From assembly GCA_001781125.1 (NCBI GenBank), contig MFKT01000009.1, positions 10,712 through 74,711 of the forward strand: a DNA stretch of 64,000 nt, given 5' to 3'. Numbering within the stretch: the first letter of the stretch is position 1; every line of letters starts with the position of its first letter. Under the pieces are notes generated by a model. It had not been told where the DNA came from and searched no databases. It worked only from the letters and a program-made list of their open reading frames with translations. Made by a program: the position numbers and the translations under genes. The stretch is from Candidatus Kaiserbacteria bacterium RIFCSPHIGHO2_01_FULL_53_29 (GTDB taxonomy: Bacteria; Patescibacteriota; Minisyncoccia; Phycocordibacterales; UBA2100). Positions 31,200 through 41,156 of this stretch are shown one piece after another.

Positions 31200-31571
31200 A
31201 TGTCACGAAGGATAGCGAGGATCTTCAATTCGTGCGGAAAAGCCGTTCGTATCACACTCGCGAACGGCAAAAGCACGTCTGGACAAATAGCGCGCATCAA
31301 GTTGGGTCGGCGTATCCTGCTCCGATTCATCAGCGACCTCGCGAGCGACGAGAGAAAGCATCGCGATCCCGTCGAACGGGCGATGCACGATCTGCATCCT
31401 CGTACCGAGTACTGCACTGCGATGATCATTCGAGATCTCGCAGACATCTGTGTGACGCTCAGCAGGCTCGAACAGGGACGGCGTCGCTCGGACCGGCAAA
31501 AGCTTCTCGATGCGGCCCTGTACTGTGAGTTTCTGACCGACGAGTTCGAACCGGTCGCGAACTCTGACTGA
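31200..31571 (+). CDS. hypothetical protein (123 aa)
   Basis: GGGAG SD before ATG 31200. Followed by a strong terminator. The antisense ORF is judged spurious. Confidence 0.4.
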   Translation: MSRRIARIFNSCGKAVRITLANGKSTSGQIARIKLGRRILLRFISDLASDERKHRDPVERAMHDLHPRTEYCTAMIIRDLADICVTLSRLEQGRRRSDRQKLLDAALYCEFLTDEFEPVANSD

Positions 31572-31582
31572 GATGCCTTGCA

Positions 31583-31620
31583 TCGCGGCGGCCGAAGCTT
31601 CGGCCGCCGTTTCGTTTTTA
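31583..31620 (+). terminator. Rho-independent terminator (GCGGCCGAAG / CTTCGGCCGC plus T-tract)
   Basis: gcggcggccgaagcttcggccgccgtttcgttttt. Confidence 0.55.
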
Positions 31621-31651
31621 ATTTGGCGAATTATTGCTATTATAGGGCGCT

Positions 31652-32905
31652 ATGGCAGAGAAAGAGAATACACCGGAAGACCTCAAAGACCGCGACCACA
31701 AAAAACTGGGCCGCGAGCTCGACCTATTCACCTTCTCCGATTCAGTCGGCAAGGGACTCCCGCTTTGGACCGCAAGAGGCAACGCGATCCGCCGCGAGCT
31801 CGAGCGCTTCATCGTTGACGAGGAGATCAAGCGCGGCTACCAGCACGTACACACCCCGGACATCGCGAAACTCGACCTGTATCGCAAGTCAGGACACTAC
31901 CCGCACTACAAGGATTCGATGTACGCACCGATCGTCATCGATGACGAAGAATACATGCTGCGCCCGATGACCTGTCCGCACCATTTTGAACTCTACCTAG
32001 ACAAGCCGCACAGCTATCGGGAGTTGCCGATACGAATAGCGGAGCTCGCGAATCTGTACCGCTACGAACAATCGGGCGAACTCATGGGTCTCTTGCGTGC
32101 CCGCACATTCTGCCTCGCCGACGCGCATATCATCTGTGCCTCCGAAGAGCAGGCGGCGGAGGAGGTATCGAAAGCGCTGGACCTCATTGTCTACGTCGCA
32201 CGAGTCTTCGGGCTCGAACAGGGCGTAGATTATCACTTTCGCCTGTCGCTCGGAGAGCGAAGCAATACCGAAAAGTACTATAAGAACGATGCCGCGTGGG
32301 AGAAGAGCGAGATGCTTCTGCGTGATCTCCTCAAAAAGCGCGGGGAAAAATTCGAGGAGGCGGAAGACGAGGCGGCGTTCTACGGACCGAAGATCGACAT
32401 CCAGATGAAAAATGTTAATGGCAAGGAAGACACCGCCTTCACGGTGCAGTACGACTTTTGCATGCCGGATCGCTTTGATCTCACCTATACTGGCGAGGAC
32501 GGCATGCAGCACCGCGCATTCGTCATTCATCGCTCGTCGCTCGGTGCCATCGAGCGCACGGTCGCATTTTTGATTGAACGGTACGCGGGTAGCTTCCCCC
32601 TCTGGCTCTCGCCGGTGCAGGTAAAGATCCTCCCCGTATCTGAAAAACACGCTGCATACGCACACGGGGTGCTCGAGCAATTGCGTGCAGCGGATATTCG
32701 CGCGGAGGTTTCCGGTGATGATCCGCTTGGCAAACGCATTCGGACCGCGAAGATGGAAAAAGTCCCCTATCTGCTTGTCGTTGGTGACGAAGAAATGAAT
32801 GCGCAGACGGCAACACTCGAGAGTCGTTCGGGAAAGATCGGCGCACTTCCTGTAACCGATATCATCGCGAAATTGAAAGAAGAGATACGGACGCGGGCTG
32901 CTTAA
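31652..32905 (+). CDS. thrS: threonine--tRNA ligase, short form lacking the N-terminal TGS/editing domains
   Basis: 417 aa, beginning at the class II catalytic core (motifs 1-3) plus the anticodon-binding domain. Canonical bacterial ThrRS is about 640 aa. Confidence 0.85.
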   Translation: MAEKENTPEDLKDRDHKKLGRELDLFTFSDSVGKGLPLWTARGNAIRRELERFIVDEEIKRGYQHVHTPDIAKLDLYRKSGHYPHYKDSMYAPIVIDDEEYMLRPMTCPHHFELYLDKPHSYRELPIRIAELANLYRYEQSGELMGLLRARTFCLADAHIICASEEQAAEEVSKALDLIVYVARVFGLEQGVDYHFRLSLGERSNTEKYYKNDAAWEKSEMLLRDLLKKRGEKFEEAEDEAAFYGPKIDIQMKNVNGKEDTAFTVQYDFCMPDRFDLTYTGEDGMQHRAFVIHRSSLGAIERTVAFLIERYAGSFPLWLSPVQVKILPVSEKHAAYAHGVLEQLRAADIRAEVSGDDPLGKRIRTAKMEKVPYLLVVGDEEMNAQTATLESRSGKIGALPVTDIIAKLKEEIRTRAA

Positions 32906-32916
32906 GCAGCCCGCGT

Positions 32917-32945
32917 CAAACAAAAACTCCCCATTGGGGGAGTTT
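32917..32945. terminator. bidirectional terminator hairpin AAAACTCCCC-attg-GGGGAGTTTT
   Basis: Lies between convergent genes thrS and the repeat surface protein. A/T runs on both sides. Confidence 0.6.
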
Positions 32946-32983
32946 TTGTTTTCACTTCGGAGCGTTACGAGCGGCGGCGAAGT

Positions 32984-34894
<1,911 letters not shown>

Positions 34895-35036
34895 AACTTT
34901 TTTAATATTGTTATTCCTTTCACTACTAAACCTCTAATAATCGGCATTATACTTAGATTTTTGATGTTGTCAAGCGATTTAATATTGGGCGGGCGAGGAG
35001 GCATTTTTGAAGCCTCCTCCCCGCAACTTCGCCCAA

Positions 35037-35393
35037 TCAGTCGCAAACCAAGTGCCTGCACGTGCGGCCGGCGATTGCGCCACGGTTGCAAAAGCGCGGA
35101 TTGCGCGTTTCCTCCAAGCGCAGTTCCCTGCACTTGAATTCGCGCGCACGTCGAAGCGGAAAATTACCGCAGACGTTCGCGTGGGGCGGATAGCCGCGGA
35201 TAACGTGCCCGGTCGCGAGCCGCACAACACCGTCGGCATCCGCAACCGCGACCGGCGGGTACTGCTTCCCGCGCACATCGACACAAGGAAGCGCGATACG
35301 CAGCGACTCGCCGGGTTGCAGCGCGACCTGTTGTGCACTTGCTGCGCCAGCGACTGCGCAAAAGGCGATGATTGTAAAGATCACTTTTCTCAT
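35037..35393 (-). CDS. small secreted Cys-rich protein (119 aa)
   Basis: GGAGGA SD. Signal peptide MRKVIFTIIAFCAVAGAASAQQ. Five Cys in the mature part. Confidence 0.45.
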   Translation of the reverse strand: MRKVIFTIIAFCAVAGAASAQQVALQPGESLRIALPCVDVRGKQYPPVAVADADGVVRLATGHVIRGYPPHANVCGNFPLRRAREFKCRELRLEETRNPRFCNRGAIAGRTCRHLVCD

Positions 35394-35570
35394 GGCTTCC
35401 TCCATCTGGTTACTCACGCGGGTGCGTGAATTTCATGAAAGCCTGAACGGATACCCTACATTGTGATATCCATTCAGGCAATGACGAAAAAAGAAACAAG
35501 GGGGCTGAGAATCATCTCAAACCCCCCTGCCAGTGCAACGCCGCGTACGGCGCTGTAGAGTTGTTTCCGC

Positions 35571-36008
35571 CTACTTGACCCAGCGGTTCGGGCACCTCTC
35601 GTTGCCGTTAGGCAACTTGAAGCAACCCGGGTCCCCGGGCCGGCCCTTGACGAGCCGGTAGCCCTGGGTCCCCGCGACCCGTTGGGTGTCGGCGTTCGGC
35701 TGGTGGCCGCCGATTTCGTAGACGGGACCGCCACCCGTCGCCTGCTGACCGCCACCTGTGACGGTCTGCTGGCCACCACTAGGCGGGGGCGGAGGTAGCA
35801 GGTTCCTTGCCGCCAGCTGCGCTTCGAGGGCGGCGATCCGCGCCGCACCCGCCGTGTCGGCGGGGGACTTGCCGAAAGCCCATTGCCAGGTTGCGACACC
35901 CAGCCAGACAATCAGCACCACCGCCACGACAGCGATCGCGAGCCGGCCGAGCCCGCGGAAGAAATCTCCCCACGTCGAGGTGGGGGCAGTCCAGTGTGCG
36001 TCTGTCAT
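35571..36008 (-). CDS. membrane-anchored secreted protein with C-terminal CFKLPNGNERCPNRW motif
   Basis: N-terminal transmembrane helix. PPPPP linker. Gly/Gln-rich region. The C-terminal motif is shared with ORF 37449..37826. Confidence 0.45.
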   Translation of the reverse strand: MTDAHWTAPTSTWGDFFRGLGRLAIAVVAVVLIVWLGVATWQWAFGKSPADTAGAARIAALEAQLAARNLLPPPPPSGGQQTVTGGGQQATGGGPVYEIGGHQPNADTQRVAGTQGYRLVKGRPGDPGCFKLPNGNERCPNRWVK

Positions 36009-36168
36009 TTCTGAAGGCCCTCCTTGGGCCGGGTTGACGAAGAACGAGAACCAGCAGAATGCCAGTTCATAGCGGCATTATATCACCAATATTGATACTG
36101 TCAATAGTAAAAAGGAAGCGGCGCCGTGACGCCGCTTTGAGTCGAAAATGTGCAGTGTTTTGGCGCTG

Positions 36169-36969
36169 TTACGCCACGGCCCGTTCCTTCGGCACGTTGT
36201 CCAGCCGGAAATCGGAATGACCGGTCCGTTTGAACAACACGTCATATCCGTCGGGAACGATGTGCGTGAACGAGCCGCCGGGAAGCACGCTCACGTACTG
36301 CCCCGGTGACGTGCCCGCGACCGCGAGCGGCGGCCGTCCGGCGACGAGCCTCGCCTTGGGCTCATCTCGTGCTGTTGTCACCTCTTCGTGTCGCGTGTGC
36401 GGCGGGGCGGCACTCCGTTCGCCGAACCAGAAGAACGCGCTGGTGGCGACGACGACGATGCCGGAAAAAGCAAACGTCACGTAGATCCAAAGGAGGCTCG
36501 GGTCGCTGAACGCGAACTCCCTCCAGAAGTGCACAAAGCCGGTGAACAGGAGCCATCCGAGCAGCAGCACGGATGGCACCACGTCGTACCACCACAGGCC
36601 ACCGTGGCCAGGATTGGCGTAGGCCGAGATGCGTTCGGCACTCAGCCAAGCCCCGAGGAAGACAAGGGAGTACACCGCCGGCTGCAGCGGTACCGCCTTA
36701 CCCTTCCATGTGATGCTGATACCGAGGTCGGCCATGTTACCAACCCAGATCAGCTGGTAGATGTACCACGCGACGATTGCGCAGAGCGCAGCCGACAACG
36801 TGATGGCGATAAATCGACTGAAGTTACCCATTTCGCTCGCTCCTTCTTTTGCGATCTGTTTGGGTTTGATAAGAACCTTTGCTCCGCCGGGCCATACATA
36901 GTCATAGTCCGGCGGAAGGCGTGTCTTTTCGGTCACGGCTCCCTCCTTACTTGCGGTCGGAGCCGTCAC
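36169..36969 (-). CDS. hypothetical membrane protein (266 aa, 4-5 transmembrane helices)
   Basis: GC3 bias. Overlaps the upstream ORF by 23 nt. Confidence 0.45.
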   Translation of the reverse strand: MTAPTASKEGAVTEKTRLPPDYDYVWPGGAKVLIKPKQIAKEGASEMGNFSRFIAITLSAALCAIVAWYIYQLIWVGNMADLGISITWKGKAVPLQPAVYSLVFLGAWLSAERISAYANPGHGGLWWYDVVPSVLLLGWLLFTGFVHFWREFAFSDPSLLWIYVTFAFSGIVVVATSAFFWFGERSAAPPHTRHEEVTTARDEPKARLVAGRPPLAVAGTSPGQYVSVLPGGSFTHIVPDGYDVLFKRTGHSDFRLDNVPKERAVA

Positions 36970-37234
36970 CGGCCGGCCCGATTACCCTTGGCAGAGCGTT
37001 CGGTTGCGGGTCCTTGGGCGGCGGAATCGCCGTAGCGTTACCGGCCATGACCGCACGAAGAAAACGGTCCTTCATGCGTGGGGTCGGTTCGATCTGGACG
37101 ATGGGGCCGCCGTAGCGCCGAAGATCGAGGAAGAACTTCGGCTCGAGAACTATTCCGTAAGCTGATGCAGCCTCAGATTCCTGCGTCGTTGAATCAAGCG
37201 GCACGGGTTTGCCGTGCTTCAGGTCGTCAGGCAT
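36947..37234 (-). CDS. hypothetical protein (95 aa), translationally coupled to 36169..36969
   Basis: The overlap arrangement suggests an operon. Confidence 0.3.
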   Translation of the reverse strand: MPDDLKHGKPVPLDSTTQESEAASAYGIVLEPKFFLDLRRYGGPIVQIEPTPRMKDRFLRAVMAGNATAIPPPKDPQPNALPRVIGPAGDGSDRK

Positions 37235-37448
37235 TGTAGCCTCACTTGTTGTGCTCCTTTCGGGAGCGGTTGCACTATGCTCGTCCCGCGTTTCAGGCGC
37301 GGGAACCGCCGATATTCATACAGGGAAAGTAGCACCGTGTCAAATCAGGATCAAAAAATTTTGCTGCTATCCGGAAATTTTTATAAAAAGGAAACGACGT
37401 GCACCACCACTGTGATGCACGCCGCTGAAGAGTTGCCGCCTCGAAATC

Positions 37449-37826
37449 TTACTGGTTCGGGCAACGCCGAATTCCGGTCGGCAGGGTGAAGCAGCTCGGG
37501 TGGTTGGGTCCGACCGACCTTCCCGTGCCGACCCTGTTCACTGCCCGCCACTCGGTGCGACGGGTCGTGGTCTGAGTCGTACGACTGCCACCCCGCATCA
37601 CCTGGCCGCCGTATCCCCTTCGGTGGGCATTTTGTTGTTGGCCGCCTTGGTGTGTAGTGCTCCGGTGCTTTTGCGGACACTGGATCCGCATCCCCCACCG
37701 GTTAGTGCAACTGGCATACCGGTGTTGCTGCGCCACCGCCTCGGTCGTGAACGAAACCGGAGCCGGAGCGAGCAAAAACGTACCTGCGATCGCGAGAGCG
37801 ACAAACGAAACTTGAAACTTGCGCAT
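37449..37826 (-). CDS. small secreted protein with C-terminal CFTLPTGIRRCPNQ motif (start MRKFQVSF)
   Basis: GGAGAA SD. Signal peptide. The mature part is Gln/Thr/Arg-rich. The ORF opens at 38144 but the earlier part lacks a signal peptide. Confidence 0.45.
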   Translation of the reverse strand: MRKFQVSFVALAIAGTFLLAPAPVSFTTEAVAQQHRYASCTNRWGMRIQCPQKHRSTTHQGGQQQNAHRRGYGGQVMRGGSRTTQTTTRRTEWRAVNRVGTGRSVGPNHPSCFTLPTGIRRCPNQ

Positions 37827-37904
37827 GATTTTCTCCCTTGCGCTGCCGCAAACTCCCCATCGGAGTTTCAACGGACTTACAAGAATGATACATCTAAAAT
37901 GACC

Positions 37905-38885
37905 GGACGTCAAGGGGTCGTAATGGTTCAATAGCTTGGAACCACCCGTGGCTCCAATATGACGTACATGGCATACAGCAAGAATCCAGAGCTCCCGAAG
38001 GTGCGGCGGGAAGCGGTCCGGTTGGTCAAACAGGAAGGATGGTCGACAAGGAAAGTGGCACGGCACTTTGGGTACACGCACAGCGCGATCGTGAAGTGGT
38101 GCGCAAAGGATCCGACAGGAGGGTTCAGACGAATCGAGACGCAATCATCGAAACCGAAGAGAAGTCCTCGGGCACTCTCGCGCGACGTGGTCTCGGCCAT
38201 CATCAAAGAACGAGTTGGCAGACGGCGGTGCGCCGAGCATGTGTACCACGCGCTCGTGAAGCATGGAGTCGGAGTATCGCTCTCGTCCGTGAAGCGCACG
38301 CTCGACCGATGTCATTTGCGCAAGAAACGCAGTCCGTGGAAGCGTCCGCACGACTTCACACCGCGACCGGAGGCGGCCTTCTGTGGAGCCCTGCTTGAGC
38401 TCGATACCATCCATATCATCGCACCGGACGGCTCAAGGATATACATATACACCATCATCGATCTGTATTCGCGGTGGGCGTACGCAGAGGTGGTGGAAAG
38501 AATCGGCGCGCACCGAAGCGCCGGGTTTGCGCGCAGAGCACAGGAGGCTGCACCATTCCGCTTCGTCATGGTCCAAACAGACCACGGGAGCGAGTTCTCA
38601 ACCCGCTTCACGCATCGTCTCCTGCAAAAAGATATTCACCATCGACACAGCCGTGTCCGACAGAAAGACGACCAAGCCCACATCGACCGATTCAACCGCA
38701 CGATCCAGGAAGAGTGTCTGGATCGGGTCACGCACACCGTCGCATCATTCAAACGTGCCCTGCCTCCCTATTTGCGTTGGTACAACACCGAGCGTACGCA
38801 CATGGGGATCAATTATCAAACGCCCCTTGATCTGGTTCCAAGGTCTTGACCTTATTTAGGGTCTGGTAAAAACCCCGCTTGAAAG
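37905..38885 (+). mobile_element. IS481-family insertion sequence (approximate ends; only weak terminal inverted repeats TCAAG-GGGT seen)
   Basis: A transposase gene with short flanks. Ends could not be defined confidently. Confidence 0.45.
37959..38849 (+). CDS. IS481-family (IS3 superfamily) DDE transposase
   Basis: N-terminal HTH. rve integrase core. C-terminal LPPYLRWYNTERTHMGINYQTPLDLV is typical of IS481. Confidence 0.8.
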   Translation: MTYMAYSKNPELPKVRREAVRLVKQEGWSTRKVARHFGYTHSAIVKWCAKDPTGGFRRIETQSSKPKRSPRALSRDVVSAIIKERVGRRRCAEHVYHALVKHGVGVSLSSVKRTLDRCHLRKKRSPWKRPHDFTPRPEAAFCGALLELDTIHIIAPDGSRIYIYTIIDLYSRWAYAEVVERIGAHRSAGFARRAQEAAPFRFVMVQTDHGSEFSTRFTHRLLQKDIHHRHSRVRQKDDQAHIDRFNRTIQEECLDRVTHTVASFKRALPPYLRWYNTERTHMGINYQTPLDLVPRS

Positions 38886-38906
38886 CTAATTCCCTATTTC
38901 GCCGAT

Positions 38907-38924
38907 GTCATGTCCTTCCCTACC
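38907..38924. repeat. direct repeat GTCATGTCCTTCCCTACC, downstream flank of the ParDE cassette
   Basis: 17/18 identical to 39487..39504. Confidence 0.6.
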
Positions 38925-38928
38925 GCCA

Positions 38929-39210
38929 TCAACGGTCTTGGGCGCCGTGGAAAATGCCAAGAATAATTACCTCACCTTTTCCTCTCCTCAACTCATACAC
39001 GATCACAAACGGTAAACCTTTGACCAAAAGTTCATACGTACGTGGCGCAGAGCCGATCCGACCCATGCGCGGGAAAAGACCGAGGGAGCGAACGGTGAGA
39101 TGGATACGAACAACAACGCCGACCGCTGCCGAGGGATTTTGATCTTTTATGTATGAATATATTTCCGCAATGTGTCTGCGTGCTTCAAGGGTGTACTGGG
39201 GGTCCTTCAT
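38929..39210 (-). CDS. parE: ParE/RelE-family type II toxin
   Basis: 93 aa. C-terminus VIILGIFHGAQD is typical of ParE. 4-nt overlap with the upstream antitoxin. Confidence 0.75.
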   Translation of the reverse strand: MKDPQYTLEARRHIAEIYSYIKDQNPSAAVGVVVRIHLTVRSLGLFPRMGRIGSAPRTYELLVKGLPFVIVYELRRGKGEVIILGIFHGAQDR

Positions 39211-39440
39211 AGACCGCAGCCCTTCCAGAGCGCGGCCATTTCTCGCTTTGTCGCCAAACGTGTTTTGCCGCTGCGCAGGTTGCGCTGAATACGTTTTACT
39301 TCTCGGACCTGTTCGTCTGTAAGATGATACTCGGCATTGCCGCTTACCATATGGACAAACAATGCCTGCGCTGCTGCGTTTTGGTCTTCGGCAGGCAACT
39401 CGCGGAGTTGTTCGATCGCTTTTTCAAGCAGTTTTGTCAT
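39207..39440 (-). CDS. type II antitoxin (ParD/addiction-module component)
   Basis: 77 aa. Precedes and overlaps the toxin. LRELPAEDQ motif. Confidence 0.6.
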   Translation of the reverse strand: MTKLLEKAIEQLRELPAEDQNAAAQALFVHMVSGNAEYHLTDEQVREVKRIQRNLRSGKTRLATKREMAALWKGCGL

Positions 39441-39486
39441 GCCGCTACTATACCATAGTGCCCGGAAATAAAATTATTGCACCAAC

Positions 39487-39504
39487 GTCATTTCCTTCCC
39501 TACC
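39487..39504. repeat. direct repeat GTCATTTCCTTCCCTACC, upstream flank of the ParDE cassette
   Basis: Pairs with 38907..38924. Overlaps the stop of ORF 39500..40375. Confidence 0.6.
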
Positions 39505-40375
39505 TGTTCATTTTCATCTCCCTCCCCATCACTATTGAACGGCCGACATCGAGTGTCTGGCCGACATCGGCAACGTGTCCGACGGCGGCGGTGTGACCGA
39601 CATTGGTGTCATGCCCGACGGCGACATTGCGACCGACATCGACGTCCTTCCCGACATCGAGTGTATATCCCCCATCGACTGCACGACCGAGGGCAAGCGT
39701 CTTGCCAACATTCACGGTATGACCAACGGTAACGTCGCGTCCTAGGTCAACAGCCCGCCCGACAATGATAATTCTTCCGCTTGCAACAGTGTGCCCGACT
39801 TCGATGGGGCGGCTAACGATGACCGTGCGCCCTACATTGGCATCGTACCCCATATCCACGGGGCGTCCGACGATGGCGTCATACCCGACATCGGCGAGAC
39901 GTCCGACATCGGCTTCAAAGCCCACGATAGCGAGACGTCCGACATCGGCGATATACCCGACGGGGAGTGAGCGGCCGACAGGGGCAAGGTACCCGACAGC
40001 AGCAAAATATCCGACATTGGCAATATGACCGACGGGGAGTAAGAAGCCGACAGGGGTGTAACGGCCGACGTTTGCAAAACGCCCGACATTGGCCCTATAC
40101 CCAACACCTACAGAATGTCCTACGTACGCCGACTGGCCGACCAAAGCGCGATCGCCGACCGCAGCTCGGTATCCGATAGCTGCGAATTCTCCTACCGGAG
40201 CGCGGTAGCCGATCGGAACAATTTGCCCAATTTGACTTACACTCGGCGAGGCAAGGACGCAGTCGCACGTTGCCGCGAAGGCGATTTGTGCCGAACCAAC
40301 GAGCGACGCGCAGAGGACTCCCCCAACAAGGGCGGACAGATATATTTTTCTGCTTTTGAGAATGTTGTTAAACAT
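39500..40375 (-). CDS. secreted hexapeptide-repeat protein (about 40 consecutive xVGxxx repeats; predicted left-handed beta-helix)
   Basis: Signal peptide. Near-perfect 6-residue periodicity ([AVLI]-x-V-G-[RYH]-x) from residue about 50 to the C-terminus. Confidence 0.65.
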   Translation of the reverse strand: MFNNILKSRKIYLSALVGGVLCASLVGSAQIAFAATCDCVLASPSVSQIGQIVPIGYRAPVGEFAAIGYRAAVGDRALVGQSAYVGHSVGVGYRANVGRFANVGRYTPVGFLLPVGHIANVGYFAAVGYLAPVGRSLPVGYIADVGRLAIVGFEADVGRLADVGYDAIVGRPVDMGYDANVGRTVIVSRPIEVGHTVASGRIIIVGRAVDLGRDVTVGHTVNVGKTLALGRAVDGGYTLDVGKDVDVGRNVAVGHDTNVGHTAAVGHVADVGQTLDVGRSIVMGREMKMNR

Positions 40376-40378
40376 ATT

Positions 40379-41068
40379 TTATAGTTCGCCGACGAAATCA
40401 GCTTCAAGAATGTAGCGGGCGCTTTTGCCGGTGAGCGTGTCGCAGGTGACGAGTGTGAGCTTGGCGGCTGTCGCGGAGAGATCAATGGTGACATCGTCGT
40501 TGACATCCGCCTTACGTATTGATGTGACGTTGTAGAGGTACGCTTTGCCCCCGCCCTCTATCGTGATGGTGTCTCCGGCTTTCAACTCCGGGATGCGATT
40601 GAACGCACGGAACATTTGGTTGCGGACGATCGGCAGGTGCGAGGAGTGCGCGAAGATTATCATGTTGCCGCTTGCCCCTAGCTTTGCGGAATCCACATAG
40701 CGCGCGGGACCCTTCTGCAAAAGTGTGTCGAGGGCGTTGAGATCTTTCGTCGCCGGGTTTTGGACCGGAAGATCGAGACCGATCGCGGAGATTTTGATAC
40801 GCTCCGGAAGAACTGCGACTACGGCGGGAGTCGCCTGCCCCGTACCTCCATCTGGATTCATTTGGACATTCAATTCGCCCAGCTGCGGGAGATCTGCGAG
40901 AGAGACGACATCTGCGCGTGAAGGTGCTGGGGAACCGTCGATGTAGTTGGGTACGAAACCAACCGAGTCGGCCGCGCTGACCGTACAGAAAAACACCACG
41001 ACGACCGCAGCAAAAAAGACCCGTTTGGGGGGTTTTTGGCGATTTGTGTATTCTGCGGTAGCACTCAT
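40379..41068 (-). CDS. sortase family transpeptidase (membrane-anchored)
   Basis: N-terminal transmembrane helix. Active-site TLVTC and conserved His (IFAHSSH). 4 nt upstream of the hexapeptide protein. Confidence 0.75.
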   Translation of the reverse strand: MSATAEYTNRQKPPKRVFFAAVVVVFFCTVSAADSVGFVPNYIDGSPAPSRADVVSLADLPQLGELNVQMNPDGGTGQATPAVVAVLPERIKISAIGLDLPVQNPATKDLNALDTLLQKGPARYVDSAKLGASGNMIIFAHSSHLPIVRNQMFRAFNRIPELKAGDTITIEGGGKAYLYNVTSIRKADVNDDVTIDLSATAAKLTLVTCDTLTGKSARYILEADFVGEL

Positions 41069-41156
41069 ATAACGTCGGGATAGTACACTATAAATCTCTA
41101 CTTGTCAATCCTTGAGGCTTGACAAATCAGTCCCAATATGTGAGGATACCGACGAT

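Noticed and set aside
37905-38885. Terminal inverted repeats of the IS481-family element
   Set aside because: Only a weak TCAAG-GGGT similarity between candidate ends. Boundaries cannot be asserted from sequence inspection alone.
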